The translations under genes were made by a program, and so were the position numbers. DNA of 64,000 nt. Source: Eledone cirrhosa (lineage: Eukaryota). Under the pieces are notes generated by a model. That model worked only from the letters and a program-made list of their open reading frames with translations, was not told the origin of the DNA and made no database searches. Numbering within the stretch: position 1 is the stretch's first letter; each line of letters starts with the position of its first letter. The stretch covers positions 98,270,001 to 98,334,000 of the forward strand of contig OZ024746.1 of the NCBI GenBank assembly GCA_964016885.1. The letters run 5' to 3'. Below are positions 1 to 12,687 of this stretch, piece after piece.

Positions 1-68
1 ACTTTCTACCGATACTGCCAATCCACCGATACATAATAAATATGGTCAATTTATATATAATAAATAAT

Positions 69-266
69 ATAATTGTTTCTACTTTTGGCACAAGGCCAGC
101 AATTACCCAGTGCATTACTGGTACTTTATTTTATCGACCCCGTAAGGATGAAAGGCAAAGTTAACCTCGGCGGGATTTGAATTTGAACTCAGAATGGCAA
201 GGGCCGTAACTCTATACGTCAAAGCATGGTGTCCGACCCTCTACCGATACTGCCAATCCACTGCCC
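69..266 (-). mobile_element. tRNA-derived SINE family A (short-tail variant)
   Basis: The reverse complement has A-box-like TGGCAGTATCGG, B-box GAGTTCAAAT, core GCCTTTCATCCTTACGGGGTCGATAAAATAAAGTACCAG and tail GCTGGCCTTGTGCC..AGTAGAAACAATT. More than 20 similar copies occur in the window. Confidence 0.9.
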
Positions 267-286
267 TCAACGCTTAATCTATAATA

Positions 287-497
287 ATGGTTTCTTATAT
301 AGGCACAAGGTCAGCAAATTTTTATTGGGGGGGGGGGGTCGATTAAATTGACTCCAGTGTGTGACTGGTACTTTATTTTATCGACCTCGTAAGGATGAAA
401 GGCAAAGTTAACCTCAGCGGGATTTGAACTCAGATCATAAAGGGATGTAACTCTATGCTGCAAAGCATGGCGTCCGACCCTCTACCGATTCTGCCAC
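287..497 (-). mobile_element. SINE family A (long-tail variant)
   Basis: Same head, core and tail as the 69-266 copy, with the GTCGATT..TCGAC-type tail segment. Confidence 0.88.
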
Positions 498-813
498 CTC
501 CTCAACGCATGACTTATAATTATGAATACTTTAGTTTACAATCAAACAATTTCGCAGTCTAATTCTCTGTCCCAGAACCTTTGATATCACAGGGGAGACG
601 AAGGAGAAGAGAAAGTTGTTTGCGATGAATGATTCTTGACTAATAAATATTCACAGTGAAAATATAAGTTAAGTTTCTGTAAAAACGAAACACATATTGA
701 CTGAGATAATATCATAAAATTGTGAGTCCCAAGTGCAGAAAATGACTGTAATATCAGTCGTCCACTATAGAGGATAGTTAAGAAGATTGGGTAAATTTAC
801 CTCATTATCTATA

Positions 814-1032
814 GGGCGGTGGAGTGGCAGTATCGGTAGAGGGTCGGACGCCATGCTTTGCAGCATAGAGTTACGGTCCTTTACGATATGAGTTCAAATC
901 CCGGCGAGGTTAACTTTGACTTTCATCCTTACGGGGTCGATAAAATAAAGCACCAGTAATGTACTGGGGTCGATTTAATCGACTTCCCCCTCCCCCAAAA
1001 TTACTGGCCTTGTGCCTATACAAGAAATCATT
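814..1032 (+). mobile_element. SINE family A, full length
   Basis: GGGCGGTGGAGTGGCAGTATCGGTAGAG head, GAGTTCAAATCC B-box, core, GTCGATTTAATCGAC hairpin and tail. Confidence 0.92.
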
Positions 1033-1494
1033 ATATATAGTGAGCGACTATTATTACATTTACTTTTTACAATTGGGACTCTCACCTTTTCAGTTGTCCT
1101 GCATTCCCAGCTTCGTTGAATCATAAGTTTCACTAATTTACTTTTTAAATGATATTTGATTTCTGTGCAGTAAAACCAATAAAAATAACAAATATTCTGG
1201 TGTTGTCCTGTCTTCATGCACCACTCTAGGAATAATAAAGACCCCCCCCCCAATTTTCAGTTTGGACGTGACATTATAGATTTAATATCGAAATAGTATT
1301 AATAATACATGGAGACACTGTGAGGATGGATTGGCGTCAGACCAAATTGCTTCCAAGTGAAAGTCCAAGGGTTATTTCATAAACATATCGTATCACTGAA
1401 AATAAATAAATTAAATAAATTGAAAGTCGATTGCAATATCAGTTTATAAGTATTTGATCTACATTAACCATAACGTATTGAAGCGTGCGTACAT

Positions 1495-1697
1495 GTACAC
1501 ACACACACACACACAAACACTCTCTCGCGCGCGCGCATCCACACATGCATATATAAGGAAACACACACATAGTCGCTCTCTCTCTTTCGCACGCACACAT
1601 GCATATATAAGGAAACACACACACGCGCGCGCGCGCACGCACACATGCATATATGTAAGGAAACACATACACACACTCTTTCTCTCTCTCTCTCGCG

Positions 1698-1729
<32 letters not shown>

Positions 1730-1900
1730 TGCATATATAAGGAAACACAAACACACACACGCGCGCTTTCTCTATCGCACGCTCACACGCACTCACGCAC
1801 ACATGCACATACAAGGAAACACACACACACACAGTCGCTCTCTCTAACGCACGCACAGGTACACACACATGCATATATTAGAAAAAAAACACACACACAT
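1495..1900. repeat. Compound minisatellite built on CACACATGCATATATAAGGAAACACAC with (CA)n/(CT)n/(CG)n spacers
   Basis: The motif recurs about six times at roughly 55-90 bp spacing. Confidence 0.85.
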
Positions 1901-2009
1901 ATTCTATTCTATCCTGCTGGTGTATTTTGGCCGGTCTGATCTAATATCAATGATACAATCGATATTAGAGAATTGTAGCATATTGGTAAATGATTTGGGC
2001 TACCATTAT

Positions 2010-2116
2010 CCCGCGGAGGTTAACTTTGCCTTTCATCCTTACGGGGTCGATAAAATAAAGTACCAGTAATACACTGGAGTAATTGCTGGCCTTGTGCCTA
2101 AAGTAGAAACAATTAT
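2010..2116 (+). mobile_element. SINE family A, 5'-truncated
   Basis: Core and tail only. Confidence 0.85.
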
Positions 2117-2117
2117 T

Positions 2118-2430
2118 GAGGCGGTAAATTGACAGAGTCGTTAGAAGGTCGGATAGAATACTTAGCGGGATTCGATTCGGCTCTCTGCTCTGGTCAACTT
2201 TGATTTTCATCCTTTAGTGTTCGATAAAAACAATACCAGTCTAGAACTCATGATGGTTCTTCCTCTATATCTCTTTCTCACTTTCATTCTCTCTCACTCT
2301 CTATCTCCTTCTCTGGAAGAAATCTGCTGTAATCAGACCTGGAGAAGAGACAGACTCCGCCAGGTTTTTAAAATGCCCTAGAAATGCAGTATGCCAAAAT
2401 GGCGCCCCTACAACTCCATCAGGTTTTATG
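2118..2430 (+). mobile_element. SINE family B (tRNA-like head, core related to family A, different long tail)
   Basis: Tail CTCTGGAAGAAATCTGCTG..GACCTGGAGA..CTCCGCCAGG..AAATGCCC is shared with the copies at about 12037, 30117 and 61905. Confidence 0.75.
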
Positions 2431-3232
2431 GGACAAGAAGAAAAAGAAAATACCTTTATTACTGACAAAGAAACGTCAAATCGTAAGCTCCAAAAAATGG
2501 AGCTCATGACATTTTCTTGAATTCTCCTATAATGTCATAAGATAGTTTCAGATATCTTATGTAGAAAATGGCAAAGTTTTGACACGTGTCTGATGATACG
2601 ATTAACGGCTACTTTCACTGGGAAACTGGGAAACATATATGTTTTAAATATATTAACCTTGGTTTGTATGGGGCTGGTCAAAATCCGGATACAGTGCAGC
2701 TTCCAGAACGCTGTAGAATTGGTTATTTTACGGCAGCTGAGAATATTCTGTGAAATTCTAATGAAGAATACTAACTACGTATGTGGCTTCAATCTTCTGT
2801 TTGATATCTTCTAAGGTAGATATAATCTGGTATAAGACAAGTTTTCAAATCTTATTTTTGTTTTGTCGCTCTCATGTCTTCAAAGACATTTGAGAGTTTG
2901 TCAAATGAGGTATTGATAACTGTATCAGCAATATCAATTACAGTAAACACCGAGGGAAATGTAAATGAAATTAGTTAACTGCAAATGATATATTACATCT
3001 ACCATGGGGACAAAGCATGAACACCACAATTTTCCTATTCCCCTCCAGTAAAAAATATTGTTTTATATCTCCTATATTTGGCTTTCGTTCCTGGTAGATG
3101 CTTTTATTATTACAGTCTCAACGTGAACTAGTGCCAAAATATAAAAGAAAGTTTTAGGTTAGAGTTTTTCAAGGTGAGGCCTGGGACTGTAGAATGGAGC
3201 ATATATACCATGCTATATACTACCTTTAGTGA

Positions 3233-3440
3233 AGGCGCGTGGCTGAGTGGTTAGAGAATTGGATTCGTAATCGTGAGGTTAGGATTTCGATTCCCGGATC
3301 GGGTGATGCGTTATGTCCTTCAGCAAGATACTTTATTTTACGTTGCTCCTTCTGTCTGGATTTGCGACCGACAAATAGTAGTAGCAATTGGAAAGACCAA
3401 TGGAAACATTGTTTCCTCTGTCCGATTTGATGAGCTCCAC
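3233..3440 (+). mobile_element. SINE family C (tRNA head plus GTCCTT..GCAAGA.ACTT central domain)
   Basis: A-box TGGCTGAGTGG, B-box-like TTTCGATTCCC, then GTCCTTCAGCAAGATACTT. Related copies lie at 17630-18030 and 18715-18820. Confidence 0.75.
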
Positions 3441-4923
3441 CCCACTTGTTAAGTGAATGAGGTCTGAGATCTTGTTGATCGACTGACGATACGACCTTTG
3501 TTCTGTCTTTTAAACTGAAATGGGACGTAGGACAAAATGTTTTAAGAAACACTAACTTAGATTAAAATAAGATTATTTAGTGATATTTTATTTTCTCTTA
3601 AGTAGTTGATAACGCAATATATAATACACAACGGAATTAGAAACTGAGCGCTTGTCTATAGAACCACAAAACAGCTGCAATATCAGGCAGCGAATGGGTA
3701 GAATAGACTTAACGATAACAGTAGCAATATGTGGAGTAAAGTATTATGAATAACACAACTTGTATCATGTTTTTGTGGATCTAACAAAAATATTTGATAC
3801 GATAAACACTGGAACACTTCGTTAGCGTATTGACATGAAGGCTTGAGTAAATATTGGTGATATCATAGTTTGATCTCAGAGTTCCTACTGTTTTCTCTCT
3901 GATGATTTTAGGGACTGAAATAAATGTATCTTATGTTTAAAACATTAGGAAAGGTTTACAAATTCAGGCAATTTGATGCTAAAACACTAGTTCCTCTAAA
4001 TTCTCACACACGATCTTCTTTACGCTGATAACCATGATCTAGTTACGCAGTCAGTCACAGGTATAGAAAGCTTCATGAAGTTAATGTAAAGCCGTTGTAT
4101 TAAGTATTGGCCTCGATAATGTGGTAATATTTCAACCAACTCCGGATTCTCCTTATATAGAACCATCCATTTACGTAGATAGCCAGAAACATGTTTCCAT
4201 AAGTCTGACGAAACATCAGCATGATACAGTGTGTGGTAAAGTTGACCTTTTAGATTACAGGTACAAGTCGTAAAACAAACTGCTATGCTCAAGGTCACAA
4301 CGAGCTGCGTGGGGGTCGAAATTAGTATCTTATGACCCATTTGGCCACACAACCTTACTTAAGGACGATTATATGAAATACCTAAATAAAAAATGTTGAG
4401 CTCATATTGCTGAGGTAGGAAATGGTATTACATTACAATCTTATCAGTATAACATTCTAGGTTGAAATATCTCTGGGGTTGACTTAGTCTTTCATCAATA
4501 TGGAATAGATCTTACTCGACAATACGCTTCCGAGATAATTTATTTCATTGATCTATCAGAATGAACCACAAAGCCGACTGCAGTAAGAATTTGAACCAAT
4601 AACACAACAGTCTTTTTAAGAATCTACTTCCATACGGTTTCATACCTCAACAAATTTAATCTCGTGAAACTATAGCACGTGTAGATGAAATACAAAAGAA
4701 AATTATTGTTATATATATATTTTTTTTTTGGGGGGGGGGGGGGGGGCATGTTTTCCTAATATTGCCAAAAAATAGTAAAACACACTCACTGTTTGGTTTG
4801 GTTTGACTTCGTTTTCGTTTAAGTATATTTTTTTTATATTTCTATAAATAATTTAGCTGGCAATCAATGTTTATCATTGATAGACATACCTACAGTTAGA
4901 AATATAAATATAAATATAATTTC

Positions 4924-4965
4924 TCAAAGTTCTTTCGTCACACATTTCTGTGACATCTTCAGTGA
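4924..4965 (-). ncRNA. Minimal type I hammerhead ribozyme motif in a PLE pLTR remnant
   Basis: Minus strand reads tca-CTGAAGA-t-GTCACA gaaatg TGTGAC-GAAA-gaac-TT-tga. A homologue lies at 45691-45733. Confidence 0.7.
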
Positions 4966-5444
4966 TTATCGCTGTGTTTCCGCCCCTGCTATGTTCTTAT
5001 GACGTTTTTTTTATTGATTTAATTATTTATTTGGTTGTTTCTGTTTGAACGAAATTAGATTTTATCACGCAGTCTATAAGATAGATTAACAAAACGCTAA
5101 GCATCGTTAAATAATCCATGTGTAAATTAAATCATTATTTAAATCATTATTCCATTTTATATTATATCAAGTAACTTAAACCTGTTTTTATAAACACACC
5201 ATTATCATTTTTCATTTTTAAATCATTGTTTAAAAAAATAGTATTTTAGAAAGGATGTGTCCATCAGTGAGTAACTGAAATTATTTTAGGAACTAAAGTT
5301 AGGCTAAAGTTCCTGTGGATGAGATTCATATGGTCAGCCTCTTCCTCCCGCTGTAAACTAAAACTTAGAGGCACCACGTATCTCTGAGGACCAAATCCCC
5401 ATGTCCATAACTGGTGATAGCATTATAAAATAAATAAAAACATA

Positions 5445-5611
5445 ATAATTGTTTCTACTTTAGGCACAAGACCAGCAATTACCCAGTGCATTACTGGTAC
5501 TTTATTTTATCGACCCCGTAAGGATGAAAGGCAAAGTTGGCCTCAGCAGGAATTGAACTCAGACTGTAAAGGGCCGTAACTCTATGCTGCAAAGCATGGC
5601 GTCCGACACCC
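5445..5611 (-). mobile_element. SINE family A with target-site duplication
   Basis: Flanked by the direct repeat TAAATAAAAA(A)CATAATAAT at about 5431 and 5612. Confidence 0.88.
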
Positions 5612-6171
5612 TAAATAAAAAACATAATAATGAAAATGATTGCGTACATTAATCTCTGTAGTTTGAAAAACTGTCTTAAATGTGGGTGCATTTCAGTGCA
5701 TGAGAACAAGCGTAACAGTTACAAGAAAATATGACAAAAATTGATATTTCTGATACGATTACTGCTGACATTCTGTCAAATGTACAAGATAACCCAATAT
5801 TTTTTATACCTTCACACAGTAGTGTTATTATGGACTGTTTGAACCTAAACGATAATTCTCAATTTTATATTTTAGTTGTTAACTATAACATTTTAATGTC
5901 ATCTCTAATAACGGTGGTTCAGATTTTCCTTGACTAGATTGTCATATTTTCTTAAAATATAAGTTGTGCTTATTGACTTACCGTCGTCGGCTTTGTCTCG
6001 CTTATTGACTCCAAAACCAAGTAATTTGTATATATAACTAGATCACCCATGACCCGTTGGGTCACGTTCGCTAGAAAGTATTTTTCTTAAATCATATTCA
6101 CTTAAGAATAATTTTTAAATAATTAAAATATACACAGACATGTATTTAATGTAAAATGAAATTGGAAGGCC

Positions 6172-6279
<108 letters not shown>

Positions 6280-6491
6280 GGGATAACAAATTATTGTTAT
6301 AGGTAGTCCACTTAGATGTAGTCCAGTTAGGGTACTCCGGGTAGTGGATAGTATTAACGCTTGGCTCAACAAGACGTTTCTATAGATGAAGGGATTGTTG
6401 GTTCGAATCATGGGGGCTGTTTAGCAATTGTCAGCAATTGTGAATAAAGCCCTTATTGTATAGCAAACCATGTCACTCTTCTTTCTTGATT

Positions 6492-6530
<39 letters not shown>

Positions 6531-6766
6531 ATAAATATATGTGTATGTGTACACTCTTTTGTTTGACCTGTTTGGCTTGCCTCGTTTTTTTTGGCTTAGG
6601 TGGTTGATGGCTTCTTGACCGCCATCTCAGTTTGTTTGGCCTTTATAACTTATGTTTATTGCTCTGGTCTTTATTTGGTCCATGGGCGCTTGCGAGCATA
6701 ACTCGGATATTGCGTTTCGCTTTGTTTTCGACCACAGCCGAAATCCGATCTCGCTGAAATTATATT

Positions 6767-6861
<95 letters not shown>

Positions 6862-6887
6862 GCGTGCGTGTATGTATATATATATAT
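6767..6887. repeat. (TA)n(TG)n compound microsatellite
   Basis: Direct reading. Confidence 0.95.
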
Positions 6888-7083
6888 GAGGGGGGAGGTC
6901 TGTGACCTATATACACTGTTCACAGACACACACACGCATATAAACACACACACTTAGAAACCCTCCCTATTTAACAAGAAACATGATACATATGACTTAA
7001 TATTCAGACACCAAATTCGAACTTGATGCTGTATTCGATTCTTTGAAGTCACCCGTTATAATTTCATTCAACAACACCCCTAG

Positions 7084-7114
<31 letters not shown>

Positions 7115-7431
7115 CCCTACTCTGTCTCCTTCTCCCTCTCTCTATGTCTCTCTTTCAATCTTCTCTCTCACAATCACTATCTCTTTTTTCTCTCTCTCTC
7201 TCTATTTATGAAGGTACCCGGCAAAAACCCGTATCTCGAGAACCCGTGCTCCGATTAACGCAAGACTTGTTTTATTCCATTTGTATTCTCCTTTCAGAGG
7301 CAACTTCCTTTGAAAGTATTTTCCCATTATGCGCCGTTTTGACTGTATTAAATAACAGACAAGCACACAATCACAGAGTTTTAGTAGTATATAGATAACT
7401 TTTCATTTAATATATTCGTGAGTGAATAATA

Positions 7432-7606
7432 ATAATTGTTTCTACTTTTGGCACAAGGCCAGCAATTATCGTACTGGCACTTTATTTTATTGACCCCGTA
7501 ATGATGAAAGGCAAATTTAGCCTCGGCGAGATTTGATCTCAGAACGTAAACGGCCATAACTCTATGCTGCAAAGTATGGTGTCTGATGCTCTACCGATAC
7601 TGCCAC
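7432..7606 (-). mobile_element. SINE family A
   Basis: Head, core and tail motifs on the reverse strand. Confidence 0.85.
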
Positions 7607-7699
7607 ATGCAAACAGCCTCATAAGCACCATGTGTGTTTTTGCTTGCAAATAAAGGAAATATTAATGATATGGTGATATTATCATTATTTACTCACGAA

Positions 7700-7845
7700 T
7701 GAGCTCAAATCTCGCCGAGGTTAACTTTGCCTTTCACCCTTACAGGGTCGATAAAATAAAGTACCAGTAACGTATTGGGGTCGATTTAATCGACTTCCCT
7801 TCCCCCCAAATTACTGGCCTTGTGCCTATACTAGAAATAATTATT
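7700..7845 (+). mobile_element. SINE family A, 5'-truncated
   Basis: B-box remnant, core, hairpin and tail. Confidence 0.85.
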
Positions 7846-8044
7846 CACTCACGAATTCATTTAGGTATCCACCATGTTAAGAGCGAAAACCAATCTTGAT
7901 TTTTAATGCTGATAATGTTTTATGTAAGGTTGTCTGTGTAACTTCTCCAAGATCGATATATTTCTTTGCATTCAACAATTTTATAGTGAAGCTATATCAG
8001 TGACCAGATTGCAGCCAGTAGGACGAAATTGTGACAACAAAAAC

Positions 8045-8232
8045 TAATTGTTTCTATTTTGGGCACAAGGCCAGCAATTATCCCAGTGTATTACTGGTAC
8101 TTTATTTTATCGACCCCGTAAGGATGAAAGGCAAAGTTAACCTCGGCGGGATTTGAACTCAGAACGTTAAGGGCCGTAACTATGTTGCAAAGCATGGCAT
8201 CCGACCTTCTACGGATACTGCCAATCCACACC
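8045..8232 (-). mobile_element. SINE family A
   Basis: Head, core and tail motifs. Confidence 0.88.
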
Positions 8233-9117
8233 AAAAAATAATGATGAATGTAAAGTGCGCAGTTTTTGTGTGTGTTTTTAATGGCTAAAATTACTTCCAC
8301 AATGTAATGTTTTAAATGTTTTATTTTCAGGTAATTTTGTTTATGGAATATATCAGGTAAATACAGTTTAATAGAAGAAATAAAAGAACATTTAGATTGA
8401 GAAGAATGGAATGTAAAATAGGAAAATATAAGGAAAAAAGAGAAAAAGAAAATAAAAACGGTAAAGGAAGGGAATATTTTAGTTTCAGCACACGGTCTCA
8501 GATCAAGTCACTGGCTAAACAAGTACAAAACCTTATATTTAGTTTTATGTTGTTGATTGTTTCATTCCATAGAAGTTCTATAATCTAGTTTTCACACTTT
8601 GCTTTTCTAAAGCGAAAACCGTGTGAATTCATTATGAAATGACGTTTTCCAAGCATCTTCTAGTTGCTACAAATGTGAGTTATAGCTCTGTCGGAATGTT
8701 CAGTAACAATCATTACAATGAAAATATGCTTCAAACACTCTTATCTTCCCTTTCAAATTCGGTTTTGACTTTCATTTTGATAGCTTCAATTATGATTTTC
8801 TTCAAAAGTTATCTCTTGCAGTACATTTCAGAATATATCCGGTTCTTACCTGTATCTGCCTATATAACATTTCCGAATGTATATCAAACCGGAAGAAGCG
8901 ATTATATCCATAGACATTTGATCGGAACATCTAACATGGATGCTCTCGACGAAAACTGCATCGTGGAGTTTATATGTTCTATAATGTGCATTTTATATTT
9001 ATAGAAATATTCTACACTACACATGCAATATGTTTGGAAAACAAAGAATGTTACTATGTTCTATCTGTATAGTAGTTGCATCACTTGAAATAATTTAATT
9101 ACTATTTTACACCTCTG

Positions 9118-9470
9118 AAGGGTCTTTGGAGCAACGTTACTCGATGAAATGCGTAGCTTGAAGCTCAGAGAGTCACTCCAGGTAGAGATGCTACTTCTCC
9201 CAATTGAGAGATCACAGCTCCGATACTATGGGCATGTGGTTAGAATGTCTGAGGAAAGAATCGTTTGACAGATTTTACGGGCAAAACCAACCGGCAGGAG
9301 ACCCTGGGATAGACCCCAAGCAGGATGGTTGGATAACATCCATGAGCTTAGCTAGCCGCGCTTGGGGATCCCGCCGGATCAGATGGAGACGGTTGCTTCT
9401 GAAAGGACCCACTGGCGGGACTGTTTGATCACTCTGCCCCCACGACCCTCCCAAGTATGAAGAGAAGAAA
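9118..9470 (+). mobile_element. RTE-clade LINE 3' fragment (degenerate)
   Basis: Translates across disruptions to ..QLRYYGHVVRMSEER..GWLDNIHEL..LPPRPS, typical of RTE ORF C-termini. An inverted homologue lies at 12688-13105. Confidence 0.8.
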
Positions 9471-9991
9471 CTTTTACACCTGTTTTAATTATAATGTTTA
9501 TAATGTTTTAATTAACATCTAAATAAATTAATGCACGTGTCCAATTAAAAGTAAAATGGAATAATATACTAATAATATATTAATATATTCAGTAAAGGTA
9601 AGGAAATATTTAAGGAGAGGCAGGCTTTACACCCCGGTTTAGGTGATATAACTCAGCTGTGGCCCGTGGAAAAAATGACGAAAATATTCCCGTGGAGATC
9701 AGCCAATGACACCGACTGCATCAACCAATCCATCTCACGGGATGACATGCACTTCTAATTTTTCGGAGGAAAACAGCAGTTCAGGGACCGATGACTGCAG
9801 AAGTCTCGGTGGTGATTAGTCAAATCCCGGTTTGGCTATTTTCTTCTCCTCTGCGTTGCTGCAACAGAGCGAAATAAAATTTATATTGAATCTGAAAAAT
9901 CTAAACATTTTCAGTAAAGATTACATAAAACTAGTTATCAGTTTTTCACTTTTTTCTTAAACCAAATAAATACTTCCAGGTAAAAAAGAGA

Positions 9992-10500
9992 AATATACCA
10001 AATAAGAGACAATGGTTTCTAGAAGGAGCTGAATTGAGACAGTCAGTAATATACCAAATAAGGGAGAGTGGTGTTTCTCAAAGCCTGAAGTGAGACAGTC
10101 AGAATATACCAAATATGGGAGAGTGGTGTTTAATAAGGGCTGAGGTGAGACAGTTAGAAGATATACCAAATAAGGGAGAGTGGTGTTTAGAAAGACCAGA
10201 AGTGAGACAGACAGAATATACCAAATAAGGCATAGTGGTGTTTAATAAGGGCTGAGGTGAGACAGCTAGAAGATATACCAAATAAGGGAGAGTGGTGTTT
10301 AATAAGGGCTGAGATGAGACAGTTAGAAGATATACCAAATAAGGGAGAGTGGTGTTTAATAAGGGCTGAGATGAGACAGTTAGCAGATATACCAAATAAG
10401 GGGGAGTGGTGTTTAATAAGGACTGAGGGGAGACAGTCAGTAATATACCAAATAAGGCAGAGTGTTGTTTAGTAAGGGCCATAAGTGAGACAGTCAGAGA
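9992..10500. repeat. Tandem minisatellite, unit about 57-60 bp, about 8-9 units
   Basis: Unit approximately ATATACCAAATAAGGGAGAGTGGTGTTTAATAAGGGCTGAGATGAGACAGTTAGAAG. Confidence 0.93.
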
Positions 10501-10914
10501 ATAATGTAATTTCAAAAATAATTTTATATTTGTAAGTGTTGAGAACAACCAGAAGCTATGAAGACTTGAAGGTAATGTCTCCTTTCATAATGGAATCTTT
10601 TAAGTAGATTGGGATCACCACAGGAGATAGTTCCATCTATTGATACTACAAAGACTATTGATGGAATAATAAACCAGAATCTTTTTGTTGATGCAAAAGA
10701 AAGGTTACTTATGGACCGTTGTTAGCCGGTTCTTTGTTTTGTTGTTGGGGAAATACATGACATTGAATAAGTTGAAGCTTAAAGAAACGTTAATGGAATT
10801 TTCACAAGGACAGATTTCATCTCAGCTTTGATGACAGCAAAGAACCACATCTCACTGAAAAGATGTGAAAGAATTTCTTTTTAAAGAAACAAGCTGAGGC
10901 ATATTATTAATCAA

Positions 10915-11330
10915 AGGCGGTGGATTTGCAGAATTGGTAGAGCGTCGGACAACATGCTTAGCGGCATAGAGTTACGGCTCATTACGCTCTGAGGCCAAAT
11001 CTCGCCGAGGTTAACTTTGCCTTTCATCCTTACGGGGTTGATAAAATAGAGTACCAGTAATACACTGGAGTAATTTCTGGCCTTGTGCCAAAAGTAGAAA
11101 CAATTATTAATCAAAGGCGGTGTATTGGCATAATCGGTAGAGCGTCGGAGAGTATGCTCAGTGGCATAGAGTTACAGCTCTTTACGTTCTGAGTTCAAAT
11201 CTCACCGAAGTTAGCTTTGCCTTAAGGAGTCGATAAAATAAAGTACCAGTAATGTACTGGGGTCGATTTAATCGACTTTCCCCTTCCCCCTTCCAATTGC
11301 TGGCCTTGGACCTGAAGTAGAAACAATTAT
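10915..11330 (+). mobile_element. Two head-to-tail SINE family A copies
   Basis: Copies at 10915-11107 and 11115-11330. ATTATTAATCAAAG occurs before, between and after them. Confidence 0.9.
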
Positions 11331-11518
11331 TAATCAAAGAAACCAGAAATTAAGCATCATCTTTATTTATTTCCAGAATTCCTGGTTTATTTCAGCATCA
11401 GTCAAAGAAATGAACAGAATATATTTGGCAGAGTGAAATGGCCTTCGATGATACAGGCTGAAAATGTGCTAAGGATTTTATCAATTTATAAAAATATGAT
11501 TAGCAACTACATATATTT

Positions 11519-11997
11519 ATATTGGTGCTCTGAAATAGCGATGTATACATGAATGTATGTATAGTATATTTGGCAGTATACTGTATGTTTAATTAAAGAC
11601 ATTTTTAAGACCATTCTCTATGAGTCTTAAAGTAGTGACTATGTCACTTACTTAATCTCGGAAAAAACAAATATACATACATTCACATATACATCGCTAT
11701 TTCAGAGCACCAATACTAATACCCAATTTTTGCTTGACCGGCAATCGCTCTGTATAATCAGCTCCTGATTATTACTGGAATTCTATAAGAATCCAGCTTC
11801 TATAATTCTCAGCAGAGTGAGTGGTCTCGATAAATGCTAACAAGCGAGAAACAGACTGTCGATCACTCTCCTTTGTTTTTGCCGAGAATAAGTAAGTGAC
11901 ATAGTCACTACTTTAAAACTCATAGCGAATTGTCTTCAAAATGGTTTTAGTTAAACATAGAGCATATTAGCAAATATACTATACATACACTCATATT
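11519..11997. repeat. Nested inverted-repeat (foldback/MITE-like) element
   Basis: About 110-bp arms at 11548-11654 and 11889-11997 are reverse complements. About 43-bp arms at 11519-11562 and 11672-11715 are also inverted. Confidence 0.8.
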
Positions 11998-12036
11998 TAT
12001 CTAATTTGTAGTTAGTACTGTTCAATCTTACATCGA

Positions 12037-12375
12037 AGGCGGTGAATTGGCAGTCATTAGAACGTCGGATAAAATGCTTTGCAGTATTCGTTTCCACTCT
12101 CTGCCCTTTCAGTTCAAATCCCGCCGAGGTCATTTTTGCCTTTCACCCATTCAAGATCGATAAAAAATGTACCAGTTTAATACTGGGGTCAATTATTCCT
12201 CTATATCTCTTCCTTACTTATATTCTTTCGCTCTCTCTCTATCTGTCTTTCTCTGGAAGACATCTGCTATATATTCTGACCTGGAGAGGATTGGGCTCTG
12301 CCAGGTTTTAAAATGCCCTTGAAATGCCCTATGTCAATACGGTGCCCTTACGACTACATCAGGAGTTACAGAACC
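12037..12375 (+). mobile_element. SINE family B
   Basis: GGCGGTGAATTGGCAG head, AGTTCAAATCCCGCC B-box, core and family B tail. Confidence 0.78.
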
Positions 12376-12687
12376 ATACCATATCAACCTTACCTCAGCC
12401 CTCCTCAGTGAGTATACCTATGATTAAAGATATGCCATCTCTCACTATACCGGTTTTTGTGTAAGTACAGCATTTTCGCGTGTCTCTTTTTAGGGCGTTC
12501 ACATATGATTTGATGGAAGTTAGCTACTTTTTCTAACGATTGGAGTGACGAAGTCGAAGCTACTTGCGGGTGCACGCCTCTATCAGAAGAAAGCAGCGTC
12601 CCAGACTAAAAAGCCACTGATCTTCCCGAAAGCACACAGATTTTGAAACCATCTAACACACAAATGCAAAGAATTACACAAACTGTC

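Noticed and set aside
814-905. tRNA gene (A and B boxes)
   Set aside because: No cloverleaf; the sequence continues into SINE core and tail and is multi-copy. The same applies to 3233-3300.
8331-8356. 26-nt micro-exon (ttttcag|...|gtaaat)
   Set aside because: Splice-like signals are common in AT-rich DNA and no partner exons or homology support it.
8639-9004. 121-aa plus-strand ORF
   Set aside because: No recognisable motif; length is compatible with chance.
9992-10500. CRISPR-like array or repeat protein
   Set aside because: The units are contiguous tandem copies without unique spacers, there are no cas genes, and the context is eukaryotic.
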